Shown here in pieces: positions 36,366 through 46,400 of a stretch of DNA of 64,000 nucleotides. Below the pieces are notes generated by a model. The model worked only from the letters and a program-made list of their open reading frames with translations. It searched no databases and was not told the origin of the DNA. Where the stretch lies: IMG/VR virus record IMGVR_UViG_3300025098_000014; one strand, given 5' to 3'. Source of the stretch: a virus. How positions within the stretch are numbered: the stretch's first letter is position 1; each line of letters opens with the position of its first letter. The position numbers and the translations under genes were made by a program.

Positions 36366-36480
36366 TTCCTGAGTAGGCGTCGGTTTCATAATAGTTATTT
36401 TCACCTTTTCTGTACCCGAAATATGCGGTGGCACATATGAATGGTAGTGATCCGAAAAGTAGGACATGTGCTAAAGTCAT
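36349..36480 (-). CDS. ndhP: NDH-1L subunit NdhP homolog (43 aa)
   Basis: Hand-translated MTLAHVLLFGSLPFICATAYFGYRKGENNYYETDAYSGNGTAH; one TM helix plus a C-terminal (F/Y)YxTDxYxGNGxAH as in cyanobacterial NdhP. Confidence 0.8.
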   Translation of the reverse strand: MTLAHVLLFGSLPFICATAYFGYRKGENNYYETDAYSGNGTAH

Positions 36481-36662
36481 TAAATTTTTTCCTCGTAGAT
36501 TTTAATTAACTTTATTGTCTGTTTTCTATCGCTACCACAAGGAGCATTCTTAAGACACATAAGAATTAATTCATCATCACTAATAGTGGGTTTAATAGTA
36601 AACCCCCACTTATCAACTTCACCTTCTACAGGTGCTTCGCATGGATCAAACTCGTGTGGCAT
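36480..36662 (-). CDS. Hypothetical protein
   Basis: Start moved to MPHEFDPC; TAATG coupling to ndhP. Confidence 0.6.
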   Translation of the reverse strand: MPHEFDPCEAPVEGEVDKWGFTIKPTISDDELILMCLKNAPCGSDRKQTIKLIKIYEEKI

Positions 36663-37122
36663 TACCTGGTGATAGCGATTGGAAAATTTTAGAACATACA
36701 TTTACAGCATGGGGTGCTCCATATACTCCAGAGAAGATGTATGAGATACCTAACTTACTACAATACTTTTGAAGTTCCTGACATTTTGAAATGTCATTGG
36801 TGCTGTAATCAATAACAATATCACCCTCCTCAAGTAATGGCAGCAACTCATCTAGGGTGTCTTCTGCTTTTTGTTCTGGACATGTCATCTGAAAAATACC
36901 AGGAATCCTACCAGCACTAGTAAACTTCTTACTATCAGATTTAACTGCTTGAACAAGATACTCGATTGAAGTTACACACCCACTGATATGTCCTGCTTCA
37001 TATTGTCCACAGGCATTCTCATAGTTGGTACTACTGTAACCCCAGACTTCAATACCCTTTTCGATCATACGGCGGGCCATACCTTCACCAGTACGACCTA
37101 GACCAATCATTCCAACTTTCAT
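36646..37122 (-). CDS. gnd: Truncated 6-phosphogluconate dehydrogenase-like protein (Rossmann domain only)
   Basis: MKVGMIGLGR, EGDIVID, GISYI; only 158 aa, no C-terminal catalytic/dimerisation domain. Confidence 0.75.
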   Translation of the reverse strand: MKVGMIGLGRTGEGMARRMIEKGIEVWGYSSTNYENACGQYEAGHISGCVTSIEYLVQAVKSDSKKFTSAGRIPGIFQMTCPEQKAEDTLDELLPLLEEGDIVIDYSTNDISKCQELQKYCSKLGISYIFSGVYGAPHAVNVCSKIFQSLSPGNATRV

Positions 37123-37126
37123 AATT

Positions 37127-37342
37127 TTACAGTGTAATTTTTAACCAAGGTAATATCGGAGGGATTACTCCAATGAGTCGAAGTAAACCCTCAGCAAAAA
37201 GTGCGAGAACAACCCAACCAACACACATACTAATAATTCCAGCGTTACGATTATGCTTTCGTATTGCATCGTCAATCATCTCCTGGCATTGTTTTTTAGT
37301 AATATAGTGAGGAGGTTTAATTTCAGTCATTCTGTGTGGCAC
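37127..37342 (-). CDS. Small membrane protein
   Basis: QEMIDDAIRKHNRNA followed by a hydrophobic helix. Confidence 0.75.
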   Translation of the reverse strand: MPHRMTEIKPPHYITKKQCQEMIDDAIRKHNRNAGIISMCVGWVVLALFAEGLLRLIGVIPPILPWLKITL

Positions 37343-37350
37343 TGATTATT

Positions 37351-37644
37351 TTAATAAATTTCTTCCTCTGCCTCTGCTTTGACTACACAATCAGAAGTGG
37401 GATATGACACGCATAAAAGTGCAAATCCTGCCTCCATTTGATCATCATCTAGAAAAGATTGTTCTTCTTGATTGACTGTACCTTCTAGAATTTTTCCCGC
37501 ACATGAAGAACAGGCACCAGCACGACAAGAGTAAGGAAGATCAACACCTGCTTCCTCAGCAGCGTCTAAAATATAATCATCAGGAGAACATTCAAAAGAA
37601 GATTCTGTGCCGTCTGAAAGTTTAACTTTGATTGAATAAGTCAT
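37351..37644 (-). CDS. petF: Plant-type [2Fe-2S] ferredoxin
   Basis: [27 protein letters not shown]...[11 protein letters not shown]. Confidence 0.97.
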   Translation of the reverse strand: MTYSIKVKLSDGTESSFECSPDDYILDAAEEAGVDLPYSCRAGACSSCAGKILEGTVNQEEQSFLDDDQMEAGFALLCVSYPTSDCVVKAEAEEEIY

Positions 37645-37968
37645 TTAGTTTACATGAATTGTGCCAGTCATCCCTGCGCCCTGGTGAGGTCCACAGAAGA
37701 AATTATAGTCCCCTTTGTCTGCAAATACAACATCCTGTGTTTCTCCAGGAGCAAACAGTAATGCTTCTCTGGAAAGATCTGCACGACCTTCTACAATAAT
37801 ATTGTGAGGAGGTAGTGCTTCATTGACAAAATGAACTGTATCACCTGCAGAGATTGTAATCTCATTCGGTTCAAATACTAGGTTGCCATCATGACCCATT
37901 GAGACATCTACTGCCCATGCAGGCGCAGCAAAAAAGAGTGTAGCTAGTAGTGCAAAAAATAGCTTCAT
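37645..37968 (-). CDS. petE: Plastocyanin with signal peptide
   Basis: Signal peptide ending AWA; PPHN; FFCGPHQGAGM copper ligands. Confidence 0.96.
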   Translation of the reverse strand: MKLFFALLATLFFAAPAWAVDVSMGHDGNLVFEPNEITISAGDTVHFVNEALPPHNIIVEGRADLSREALLFAPGETQDVVFADKGDYNFFCGPHQGAGMTGTIHVN

Positions 37969-38032
37969 TGAGTGTTTGCAACTATACTATCTAGTACTCT
38001 TTTTATACCTTCCTTCAAAAAATATCAGCGTT

Positions 38033-38368
38033 TCAGAACTCAAATCCCATATCATTTCCTAAGTCTCTCATTTTTTCCATTGACTCTTTTTTCTCTTTCA
38101 TTGCACCGTCAATATACCCCATCCGATACTCCCAAGTTTGTCCACCCTCCTTACCTTTTAAAGGATTGATGCACTGCTCATTGCCCAATTTGTTGCAAAC
38201 AAGACCAGCAAGGTCAAGCTCACTAGAAACAGATGAACCGCCAGTGCCACGCCAGACATGTTGTCCATTTATCCAAGTTGCTCCACACTTTTCACATTCT
38301 TTACGCTCTAGTTTAAAATCTGAAAATTCCTTGTCAGACATAATTACTCTTAAATCGGACATCATCAC
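38033..38368 (-). CDS. Hypothetical Cys-containing protein
   Basis: CEKCGATWINGQHVW, LAGLVCN, CINP; late-type promoter at 38402-38409. Confidence 0.75.
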   Translation of the reverse strand: MMMSDLRVIMSDKEFSDFKLERKECEKCGATWINGQHVWRGTGGSSVSSELDLAGLVCNKLGNEQCINPLKGKEGGQTWEYRMGYIDGAMKEKKESMEKMRDLGNDMGFEF

Positions 38369-38407
38369 TCCTGTAGGATATCCTACAGATATATTATGAC
38401 ATATTTA

Positions 38408-39298
38408 TCAGCACTTCCACTTTCTTAATGCTAGAGCTTTACGGGTAGGTTCACCGTTAGGTTTTTTCATTGCACCTTTCATACCACCCATACGAGCACA
38501 GAAGGATCTTTTTCTAGGACCACCTTCAGGTTGAGGTGCTTTGAGATCACTGCCAGGATTCTCACGCTCATAAGACTTACGGCCCTTTTCATTCAGACCA
38601 CCTTTTTTATTCTTACCTTCACTGCGTTGCCATGCAGCAGACTTCTCTTCAATAGTCTCACCTTCAGGATCAAAAGATTGATTGAGCATTTGATTAGTCA
38701 TCCTATCAATCCTCATCTTTCTATCACCAAGTTTACCAGCAAGTCCTTGATTACCAGTGGGACCCTTAACTTGTTTCTTAGCAAGTGGATTTTTAATATC
38801 TAGATTAGGATGACCAATATATCCGTCTCCAGGTTTGCCGCCAACAAATTCATTAACAACACTCTCTTTTACCTTCTGAGAGACATTCTTAATAGCAAAT
38901 GCATCCCAATAATCAGGACCATAAGCACACTCTTCTCTGACTTCCATCTTCTCACACTTAGGACAGAATCTCATATCTGTCTCCTCAATCAACTCACCTT
39001 GCGGTTGATATCCAGCCATTTGTGTGGATGGTTTCTTTTGAGCTAGAGGAGGAAGTTGTGCTCCAGATTTCTTTAAGAAAGCATCCTTCTCATTAGGATT
39101 AGTTGTACTTTTCCCTTTATTATAAATCTTACTACCTCTCATAGCACCTTTGTGCCCTGGTCCAATAGTAAAACTTCCCTCTGTAATTTTTACAGAGGAA
39201 TCGTCAACTTTAGGGGCATCACAGTCTCCTGTAGTGAGAGGCTTTTTTTTCCTCCCTTCTGCTAGGAAGTTAGAAATATCTGAATATGATAGTGCCAT
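38408..39298 (-). CDS. Putative internal head protein/polyprotein with a C-terminal DUF6321-like basic domain
   Basis: AWQRSEGKNKKGGLNEKGRKSY, RSFCARM, ALRKWKC; repeated (I/L/V)xE spacers. Confidence 0.6.
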   Translation of the reverse strand: MALSYSDISNFLAEGRKKKPLTTGDCDAPKVDDSSVKITEGSFTIGPGHKGAMRGSKIYNKGKSTTNPNEKDAFLKKSGAQLPPLAQKKPSTQMAGYQPQGELIEETDMRFCPKCEKMEVREECAYGPDYWDAFAIKNVSQKVKESVVNEFVGGKPGDGYIGHPNLDIKNPLAKKQVKGPTGNQGLAGKLGDRKMRIDRMTNQMLNQSFDPEGETIEEKSAAWQRSEGKNKKGGLNEKGRKSYERENPGSDLKAPQPEGGPRKRSFCARMGGMKGAMKKPNGEPTRKALALRKWKC

Positions 39299-39344
39299 AC
39301 CTAAAAGTTTAGAACCTTATCTAACTATTTATTTAGTACTAGGA

Positions 39345-39782
39345 TTATACAGTTGGTTTTACAGGTGGTTCACTATCTTTTGTAGTAAACTGAATTGGTG
39401 CCTGCTCAATACGAATAGTTTGTGAGGGTGCAGTTTGTGCTGCTTTCTCAATCAATCTTTCCATCTGTTCTTTGGTGATACCACCACCACCATTACCACC
39501 ACCTTCTCCTGCTTTCTTTGCTGCCTGAACACCAAAAGTAGCTAAAACTCCGGTGAAGACGCTGGCTATAAAAGTGGGATCTAGTTTTTGTTCAGGAATT
39601 CCAAGTGCTGGTGGAAGTTTGATGTATGCCAGCGTGAGTATTCCGCCAGACCAAACAAGGATGCCGAGCCTAACAAAAGTAGACAGAATAGCAAGCTGTT
39701 CTTCTTTGTCATCTGCTGCCTCTTTAATTTTACCTAAGAGACCTTTCTTTTTAGGTTCTTCTTTTTTGACTTCTTCTGGCAT
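39345..39782 (-). CDS. Two-TM membrane protein
   Basis: LSTFVRLGILVWSGGILTL, DPTFIASVFTGVLATFGV. Confidence 0.8.
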   Translation of the reverse strand: MPEEVKKEEPKKKGLLGKIKEAADDKEEQLAILSTFVRLGILVWSGGILTLAYIKLPPALGIPEQKLDPTFIASVFTGVLATFGVQAAKKAGEGGGNGGGGITKEQMERLIEKAAQTAPSQTIRIEQAPIQFTTKDSEPPVKPTV

Positions 39783-39806
39783 TGAAAGGAAGCATGGCTC
39801 TTCTAT

Positions 39807-40010
39807 TTATTTTTCAGAAAAGTTATATTCCATTAGCATAGCAAAATACTTATCTTTCATATCCATAAGAAATTGTTGCTCTTCTACTGGTCTTGCAGGA
39901 GACCCAGGCCACATCTTTAATGAATACTGTAAGTGAGAATACATGAACCGTATTTCATCGATCCCGATATTGACACTGCAGTACCACTCTTCAGGATCTA
40001 ACCCGTTCAT
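39807..40010 (-). CDS. Hypothetical protein
   Basis: ORF track; ATGA overlap with gp16. Confidence 0.7.
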   Translation of the reverse strand: MNGLDPEEWYCSVNIGIDEIRFMYSHLQYSLKMWPGSPARPVEEQQFLMDMKDKYFAMLMEYNFSEK

Positions 40011-40411
40011 TTTTTCTTATTCATTTCTTTCAGCATTTTTTGTAACTCTGCAGTACTACCAACAAACATAGCGTTGTTTGTTACACTTGAAGGACCTTTT
40101 ACTTCTTCCTTGACATCCTTAATATCTTTTTGCAGCTTCATTAATTTGTCAGTATTATCGGCAACATTCTTGAGTAACTGACCAGCAACTTCATATGCTC
40201 TAGGAGATTGTGTTTCCTCAGCAAGTTCCATCACACCATTCAATACTTCCTGACCCTTTTCAATCAAAGAATATAAATTAGCCCTGGTATAACTATAATC
40301 TTTATCAATATCATTCTGAGTTAAATGTTCCGGTTTTGGTTTTTTAATCGGAGTAACATCAATAGTTTCACTAGATGTATTTAAAGATTCGTCTATTTTT
40401 TTGAAATCCAT
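40007..40411 (-). CDS. gp16: Terminase small subunit
   Basis: DYSYTRANLY, PRAYEVAGQL, FVGSTAELQKML. Confidence 0.95.
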   Translation of the reverse strand: MDFKKIDESLNTSSETIDVTPIKKPKPEHLTQNDIDKDYSYTRANLYSLIEKGQEVLNGVMELAEETQSPRAYEVAGQLLKNVADNTDKLMKLQKDIKDVKEEVKGPSSVTNNAMFVGSTAELQKMLKEMNKKK

Positions 40412-41211
40412 TATACATCCTCTTGTCTGGTGGGACTATAATTTTTACCGTCATCAAAATAAGTACTAGTTTCATTAAACCCGAAATCATCTCCAGGTTC
40501 TGCAGTAATTGGATCTGGTTCAACAGTATATCTCATTTCACGCTTAGCCGTTTGTCTATTAGTATCAGAATAGTAATCAACTTGTACCTTCCGAATCAGT
40601 CCATCAGTACTCTCAGCAATAGGACCGAAGAGATATGTCTTAGCGACAAAATTTAGAGTATATGTCAAGACTCTTCGCGAAGAGAAATCTCCCTCATATT
40701 CGTCTGAAAATGAAATATTTTCTAATACAATTGGAATATCTCTTTTTTCTCCAATTGAATTTATTAAATCTACCGTAATATTAAATGATGGTTGAAAGAA
40801 TGGTAAAATTTGTTCTACAATTTGTAAAGCATCATCATTTAATTTTGTCATAATATTAAGTTCAAATCCAACATTATACGGAACTGGTAGAAATACTTTC
40901 TTTACCCTATCTTTATCGTCAACTGCTTTAAATGTTTTTGTTACTGAAGTTTTTCTTGTCGGATCATAAGCTAGACTAGTCATCTCAAAAGACATTCTTG
41001 GAAGAGTGATAGCAGTAGCCTTTGCTAACTCTTGCTGCTGTTCTATTTTTGCTAGAAATTTAGACCTAGGTCCATATGCTAATGGAACTTTAATATCACT
41101 AATAGTTTTCCCACTCTTATCTTCTTTTTGGATATGTACTTCATTGAATAGAGTTCCAAACGAAATCACCGTTTTGCGAAGGATCTCGTGATAAAAATAA
41201 GTGCCTAACAT
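40411..41211 (-). CDS. gp15: Tail sheath stabiliser / terminator
   Basis: YFYHEILRKTVISFGTLFN, VPLAYGP, LPRMSFE, QIVEQILPFFQP. Confidence 0.96.
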   Translation of the reverse strand: MLGTYFYHEILRKTVISFGTLFNEVHIQKEDKSGKTISDIKVPLAYGPRSKFLAKIEQQQELAKATAITLPRMSFEMTSLAYDPTRKTSVTKTFKAVDDKDRVKKVFLPVPYNVGFELNIMTKLNDDALQIVEQILPFFQPSFNITVDLINSIGEKRDIPIVLENISFSDEYEGDFSSRRVLTYTLNFVAKTYLFGPIAESTDGLIRKVQVDYYSDTNRQTAKREMRYTVEPDPITAEPGDDFGFNETSTYFDDGKNYSPTRQEDV

Positions 41212-42641
41212 CAGAAAGTACCAAACGGATTAATTTCAGTGAAATCTAGGATACCTTCTGCCTCAACTTCAAACTCATCATTGAAAGTGGATTTGGTTGT
41301 CGTGTCAATTCCACTATGACTTAGAACTTGATACCTGGCTGAAGATGCTGTTCCTGTAATGAATTCACCAGGATAGAATATGCCATTATTTATTGAGATT
41401 TCTAACTTTCTATCATTCTCATTAAATTCTCTCACATATCCTTCAGTCCCAGACAGGGATCCAACCACTCTTTCGTTGAAGAAGAATGTACCAATTCCAA
41501 GAGAAAGTGGGTCTCCGATTGTAACAATAGGTGCTTCCTCATAACCAGAACCAGCGTTAGTCAAGAATATTCTACTAATACTATCTCCATCAAGAAAAGA
41601 AATTGCAGTTGCTTGTACTTGACCTGCTTTTACACCGACTGTAGCACCTGATGTACCAATGCCAACATCAGAGGGGTGTTGAATTGTAATAATTGGAGCA
41701 GTTACATAATTTGTACCAAGATCTGTAATTCTAATTGATGTGATACCACTGTTTGTAAGAGATGCTGTTGCAGCTGCACCTACACCAGGACCACCAAATG
41801 TAAATGCTGGTGCCTCTGTATATGCAAATCCAGGGTTTTGTAGGACTACTTGATCAACAGAATACAAACCTGATCTTTCTGTGGTAAATGCGAATGCACC
41901 TGCCCTAGAGGAAGTAACACCAGCAGGAGAGGGCTCGATACTAACAGTGGGTGTGGAAGTATAACCATATCCATCATCATTTAAGAAAATTTGTTGTAAT
42001 GCACCTTGGCTGGCAAATGAGTCAACGGTAGCACTAGCTGTGGATCCAATACCTGCAAGAATAACTGTTGTTGTTTCTCCTTCTTGCATCACTCTTTCAT
42101 CAACACTAATAACTCCAGTATCGACATAATCATCTTCGTAGCGATAAAGTTCGCATTGAAGTTCGTAAATATAATTTTTACCTAACTGATAAAATGGATT
42201 CTCAAACTCTACATGCTTAATTTCAAATAACCTTTCACCTAATGGAAAAAATATTAAATCTCCTTCTTTAGGTCTTTCTCCAAAAACAATATCACTACCA
42301 GCGTTTTTTGCGTTGTGGGTTACTACAAAGGGAGCAATAAAATCTTCATACCTCTCCCTAGAAATCGTTAGCGTAATTTCATTCTGCAGATTGATACCAA
42401 ATTTTGTCATGATATCACTGCCCTTAGCATATCCCTCATAGTTATTGAGGTAAGCTTCTAAAATATATGCATCATTAAACTTTGACGATTGTACTTCTCC
42501 AAGCACATCGTCAGTGACAATCATTTTTCTAGGAATATAATAACAATCAAGTCCGAACATTTTTAGATGTTCGTCTATTAACTCCTGAATGAGATTTTGC
42601 TCGTTAGGAGATCCTTGAAGAAAGAAGGGATTTAACGCCAT
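41211..42641 (-). CDS. gp14: Neck protein with an inserted G-x-G-Y repeat region
   Basis: YYIPR, RPKEGDLIFFP, PFYQLGK, DFTEINPFG. Confidence 0.92.
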   Translation of the reverse strand: MALNPFFLQGSPNEQNLIQELIDEHLKMFGLDCYYIPRKMIVTDDVLGEVQSSKFNDAYILEAYLNNYEGYAKGSDIMTKFGINLQNEITLTISRERYEDFIAPFVVTHNAKNAGSDIVFGERPKEGDLIFFPLGERLFEIKHVEFENPFYQLGKNYIYELQCELYRYEDDYVDTGVISVDERVMQEGETTTVILAGIGSTASATVDSFASQGALQQIFLNDDGYGYTSTPTVSIEPSPAGVTSSRAGAFAFTTERSGLYSVDQVVLQNPGFAYTEAPAFTFGGPGVGAAATASLTNSGITSIRITDLGTNYVTAPIITIQHPSDVGIGTSGATVGVKAGQVQATAISFLDGDSISRIFLTNAGSGYEEAPIVTIGDPLSLGIGTFFFNERVVGSLSGTEGYVREFNENDRKLEISINNGIFYPGEFITGTASSARYQVLSHSGIDTTTKSTFNDEFEVEAEGILDFTEINPFGTF

Positions 42642-43462
42642 TATCCAATAAGATCAAGAGGTGGGACTTCATATGTGGAGAGCATCCTATCTTCGATGCG
42701 TTGTAATTCCATTACACCATCCTCATAAATTTGTCTGCCATTCAGTTCAGTGCCTCCTGGAAGTTTAACTCCTTGAAACTTGATGAGGTTTTGACCCCAC
42801 TGTTTTTTAACAAGAGATGTAAAATACTTTTTAAGGAAAGAATCATTATAAACACCTGCATAATTTGCAGGATCCATAATTCTTTGGCAATCAATAATTA
42901 TGTATGTTCCTTCCGTTACAGATCCCCAATCGACATCGAGATACAAACGATTATTTCTCTTATTATATCTAATCTGTTTATTTGTTGTCATTAAGAAATC
43001 AATATCTTCAAGATATGTTTTAGTCATCGCATAACTGAGAAGACCACTATATCCAAGATTGAAAGCTACATCATTTAAAAACAACTGATATTTGAAACTA
43101 AACATGTTGTTGGAGATGAAGCTAGAATCAAACAAAAGTACTTTCTCAATTCCAATAACTGAATCTGGGACAGTCAGATAATTTGTATTCTCCTCAAAGT
43201 CTCCAGATGTTGTAGTAGAAGTAGTGATACCAAGAGATTCGCTAGCACCCCTTGCTCGGCCTCTTTTGATGTCATCTGCTGTGACCTTATACTTGAGATA
43301 AACTCTTTCTACGCCATCAAAATGACGCTCTTGAAATAATTGAAGAGCGTCATCTAAATTATCATCTACCTGCTCATCAGCTACATTTATTTCTAAGACA
43401 GGATACCCAAGTTGTCTAAGAGCATAATCCTTGAGTTCCTGTCTAGTAGTTGGTTTTGCCAT
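42641..43462 (-). CDS. gp13: Neck protein
   Basis: LRQLGYPVLEINV, KQWGQNLIKF, LPGG.ELNG. Confidence 0.95.
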   Translation of the reverse strand: MAKPTTRQELKDYALRQLGYPVLEINVADEQVDDNLDDALQLFQERHFDGVERVYLKYKVTADDIKRGRARGASESLGITTSTTTSGDFEENTNYLTVPDSVIGIEKVLLFDSSFISNNMFSFKYQLFLNDVAFNLGYSGLLSYAMTKTYLEDIDFLMTTNKQIRYNKRNNRLYLDVDWGSVTEGTYIIIDCQRIMDPANYAGVYNDSFLKKYFTSLVKKQWGQNLIKFQGVKLPGGTELNGRQIYEDGVMELQRIEDRMLSTYEVPPLDLIG

Positions 43463-46400
43463 CAGAATGTACCTCCATCAATGCTATTGGACCAAATTGG
43501 AATGTTGTTTTCATCCGTGGTTAGCATGTAATTGGAGGTTGTCAAGAACCCTACAGTACTAAGACCGCTAACCAATCTTCCATCTGCTTCAAAGAATGCG
43601 ACACCGTTAGGTCCGCTATATCCAATACCAGTTAATCCACCTTGATCTGATCTGTAATATAGACCGTCACGGAATGTACCGTAACCGATTATGCTCAGAT
43701 TGTCTTGGACAGTTACCTGACCAGCAGCAGAATCGAGAACAAGTTCTCCACTGTTAGTATTTATTTTTGTTGATGAAGAACCAGCGCCAATTGTAATGTC
43801 TGCGACTGTAGAAACTCCAGTAACTCTGAAGTTGTTAGTGGTGAGAATACCAGAGACATTAATGTTGATTGCTTCAACACCAGCAGAACTGGTTACAATT
43901 CCTGTAAGAATTGTTCCTTGATCTACAGTCAGAGTGGAGTGGATATTTGCATCAGTAGCAACATCGATTGTTCCAGTCTGAGTTACGCCACGAACGCTAG
44001 CACCAATTGCTAGTGTCTCAAGTTTAATACCATTATTGTAGTGTAGGGTAACACGACCATCAGCAGTAAAGTTAGCGAGAGTTTCGCCAGTATACTTCTG
44101 AAGTTCTATTTGGTTAGAACGGATTGCAAGTGTGCCAGTTCCTGAATCATCAATGTATGAGTTGTTACCATCATGATAGATGGAGAGATCATCATCATCA
44201 CCGAAGTGTAATTTGACATCATCCTTAAAGGATGCAATACCAGTGAATACTGCGTTTGTAACAGCGATACCAGTAAGTTTGGCATCAAATGCATCAAGAG
44301 ATTCAGTATCAATTGTGGTAATCGTTGCAGCAGTACCGACAGTATCTGTTACAGCAAGACCAGTAATGTTGACATCTTTAGCATCTAATGTCTCAATGTC
44401 AACCGTAGTGATGGTTGCGTAAGTACCGACCAGTGAAGTTACAACACCTGCAGTAATCTTTGCGTCAACTGCGTCAATGCTGAGATTGAAATCAACTCTT
44501 TCAGCAAATGTAGATACGCCAGTTACATCAAGTCTTTCAAACTTAGCGGTGTCTAGGACATCTAATCTTTGTCTAGGTGCGGCAGTGCCGATACCCAACT
44601 TCTGATTAGCGTCTAGACGCATACCCTCAACATTATCAGTATTGAATCTGATAGTGCCGTTAGCGCCAGAATCATCCAGAGCGATAGAAGTATCGTTCTT
44701 CTGGAAGGAGTCAAGTTGGATAGTTGTCGCAGTTAAGATACCCAGGACATTGACATCACCAGTGATGTTGATATCACCAGCACCAGCAGGGTCAATGTTG
44801 ATATCACCTGAGGTAGATTCAATGTTGTTTCCAGAGATCTGGATGTTACCGAATGTACCGCTTGTAGGAGTAACAGTGCTGCTGTTAGTTCCGTCAGTAA
44901 TTTGGAGAGAAGAAAGTGCTTGGAGGCTGGTTACCTGCTGTGAGAACGATACAGTGCCGTTTTCTTGATCAACGAAGAATGCGTCACCAACTCTGAAGTC
45001 GCCTCTTTGATCAATACTTACGAAAGATACATCACCGTTGTTCAGTTCAGTGACTTCGTTCGCCTGAATTGCCAGGTTAGGATCGTTTGTGAAGTCGCCA
45101 CCAGAACCAACATGGTTGAAGTTCAGGGCAAACATTCTCAGACTTACGCCATCACCATCAGCGATGACACCCTTCTGACCATATTCAACAGCACATCCGA
45201 CCGAACGCATGTCCGCACCGAACTCGCTGTAGTCAGCAAGGATAACCTTAGTTGCAGTTCCGATACCGCCACCCGATTGAGTGATGCGGATATCTTGATT
45301 GCGGATTACATTGTCAGTAGTTGTGGTTACTCCACTTGCACCATTAAAGTCTAGTAAGAGAACAGTGTCCTTATCGCCAGTATGTGCAGCAGTAGGAGCA
45401 GTAAAGTTAGCGGTGTACTTGGCAACTCCTCTTTCAATTCTGAAGTCGTCAATCCAACCAGTGACATTTTGACTTGCGCCATCAAAATCAGCACCAATTA
45501 CAATACCTTTAGACGCACCGTAGTCAGTTGTATCTGAGGTCTTGATGCCCCTCTGAGTACCGTCAACGAACAATCTAGTGTCTGTGCCGTCTCTAGCAAG
45601 TGCATAGTGCTTCCAGACGCCTGTAGCGATGCCTGCGCCAGATCCAGTGATAGCGGTGGTAGTACCAACCCGCATGTCAACTTCACCAGCAGCCCGATAT
45701 GCAATACTAATACCTTCAGCATCAGTGCCGTTATCTCTCAAGTCAAAGAGAGTTGCACTAGTTAAACCAGTTGTATTTGCGTATGCCCAAAATTCAATCG
45801 TGAAGTCTATATTAGTGCCAAAGCCAATATCACCACTAGAAGGAACGCTGATAGAATCATTAGTTCCGTCAAGTGCTAGTGATGCACTACCAAACTTCTT
45901 GACAGTTGTGTCTAATTGAGCATCATCGTTAAATGTAACTGCCTTAGCAGTTCTAGCATTCAGAAGTTCAAACCCAGTTTGCTTACCAGTTACACCTATG
46001 TAAGTGCCATCATAAGAAGCAACAACAGCAGTCGCAACGCCAGTAGTTCCGTCAGTATCAAAGACTGTAATCGTGTTACCAACACCAACAGTAGTGATAC
46101 CAGTCAGTCTTAATCTTGTCTCACCAGCAGAACTAATACCAAGAGATCCAGAAGTACCCTTAATTGCTTCAGCAGCAAAGTAAGAGAAACAGTTCAGGTA
46201 CTCAGTGCGAGCACCGTTGGTCATAATCAGACCTTTACTGTTCGGTACAATGAAAGTAACTTCATTGAACAGGAACGCAGCCTCAAGAGATCCTGATGCT
46301 ACTTCAGAACCGTCGATGTATGCACCACCACCAGCGATGTAGGAGGAAGGTGCAGAATCAGCAGATCCATAACCGTATGGATCACTAGCAGAAGTATTGC

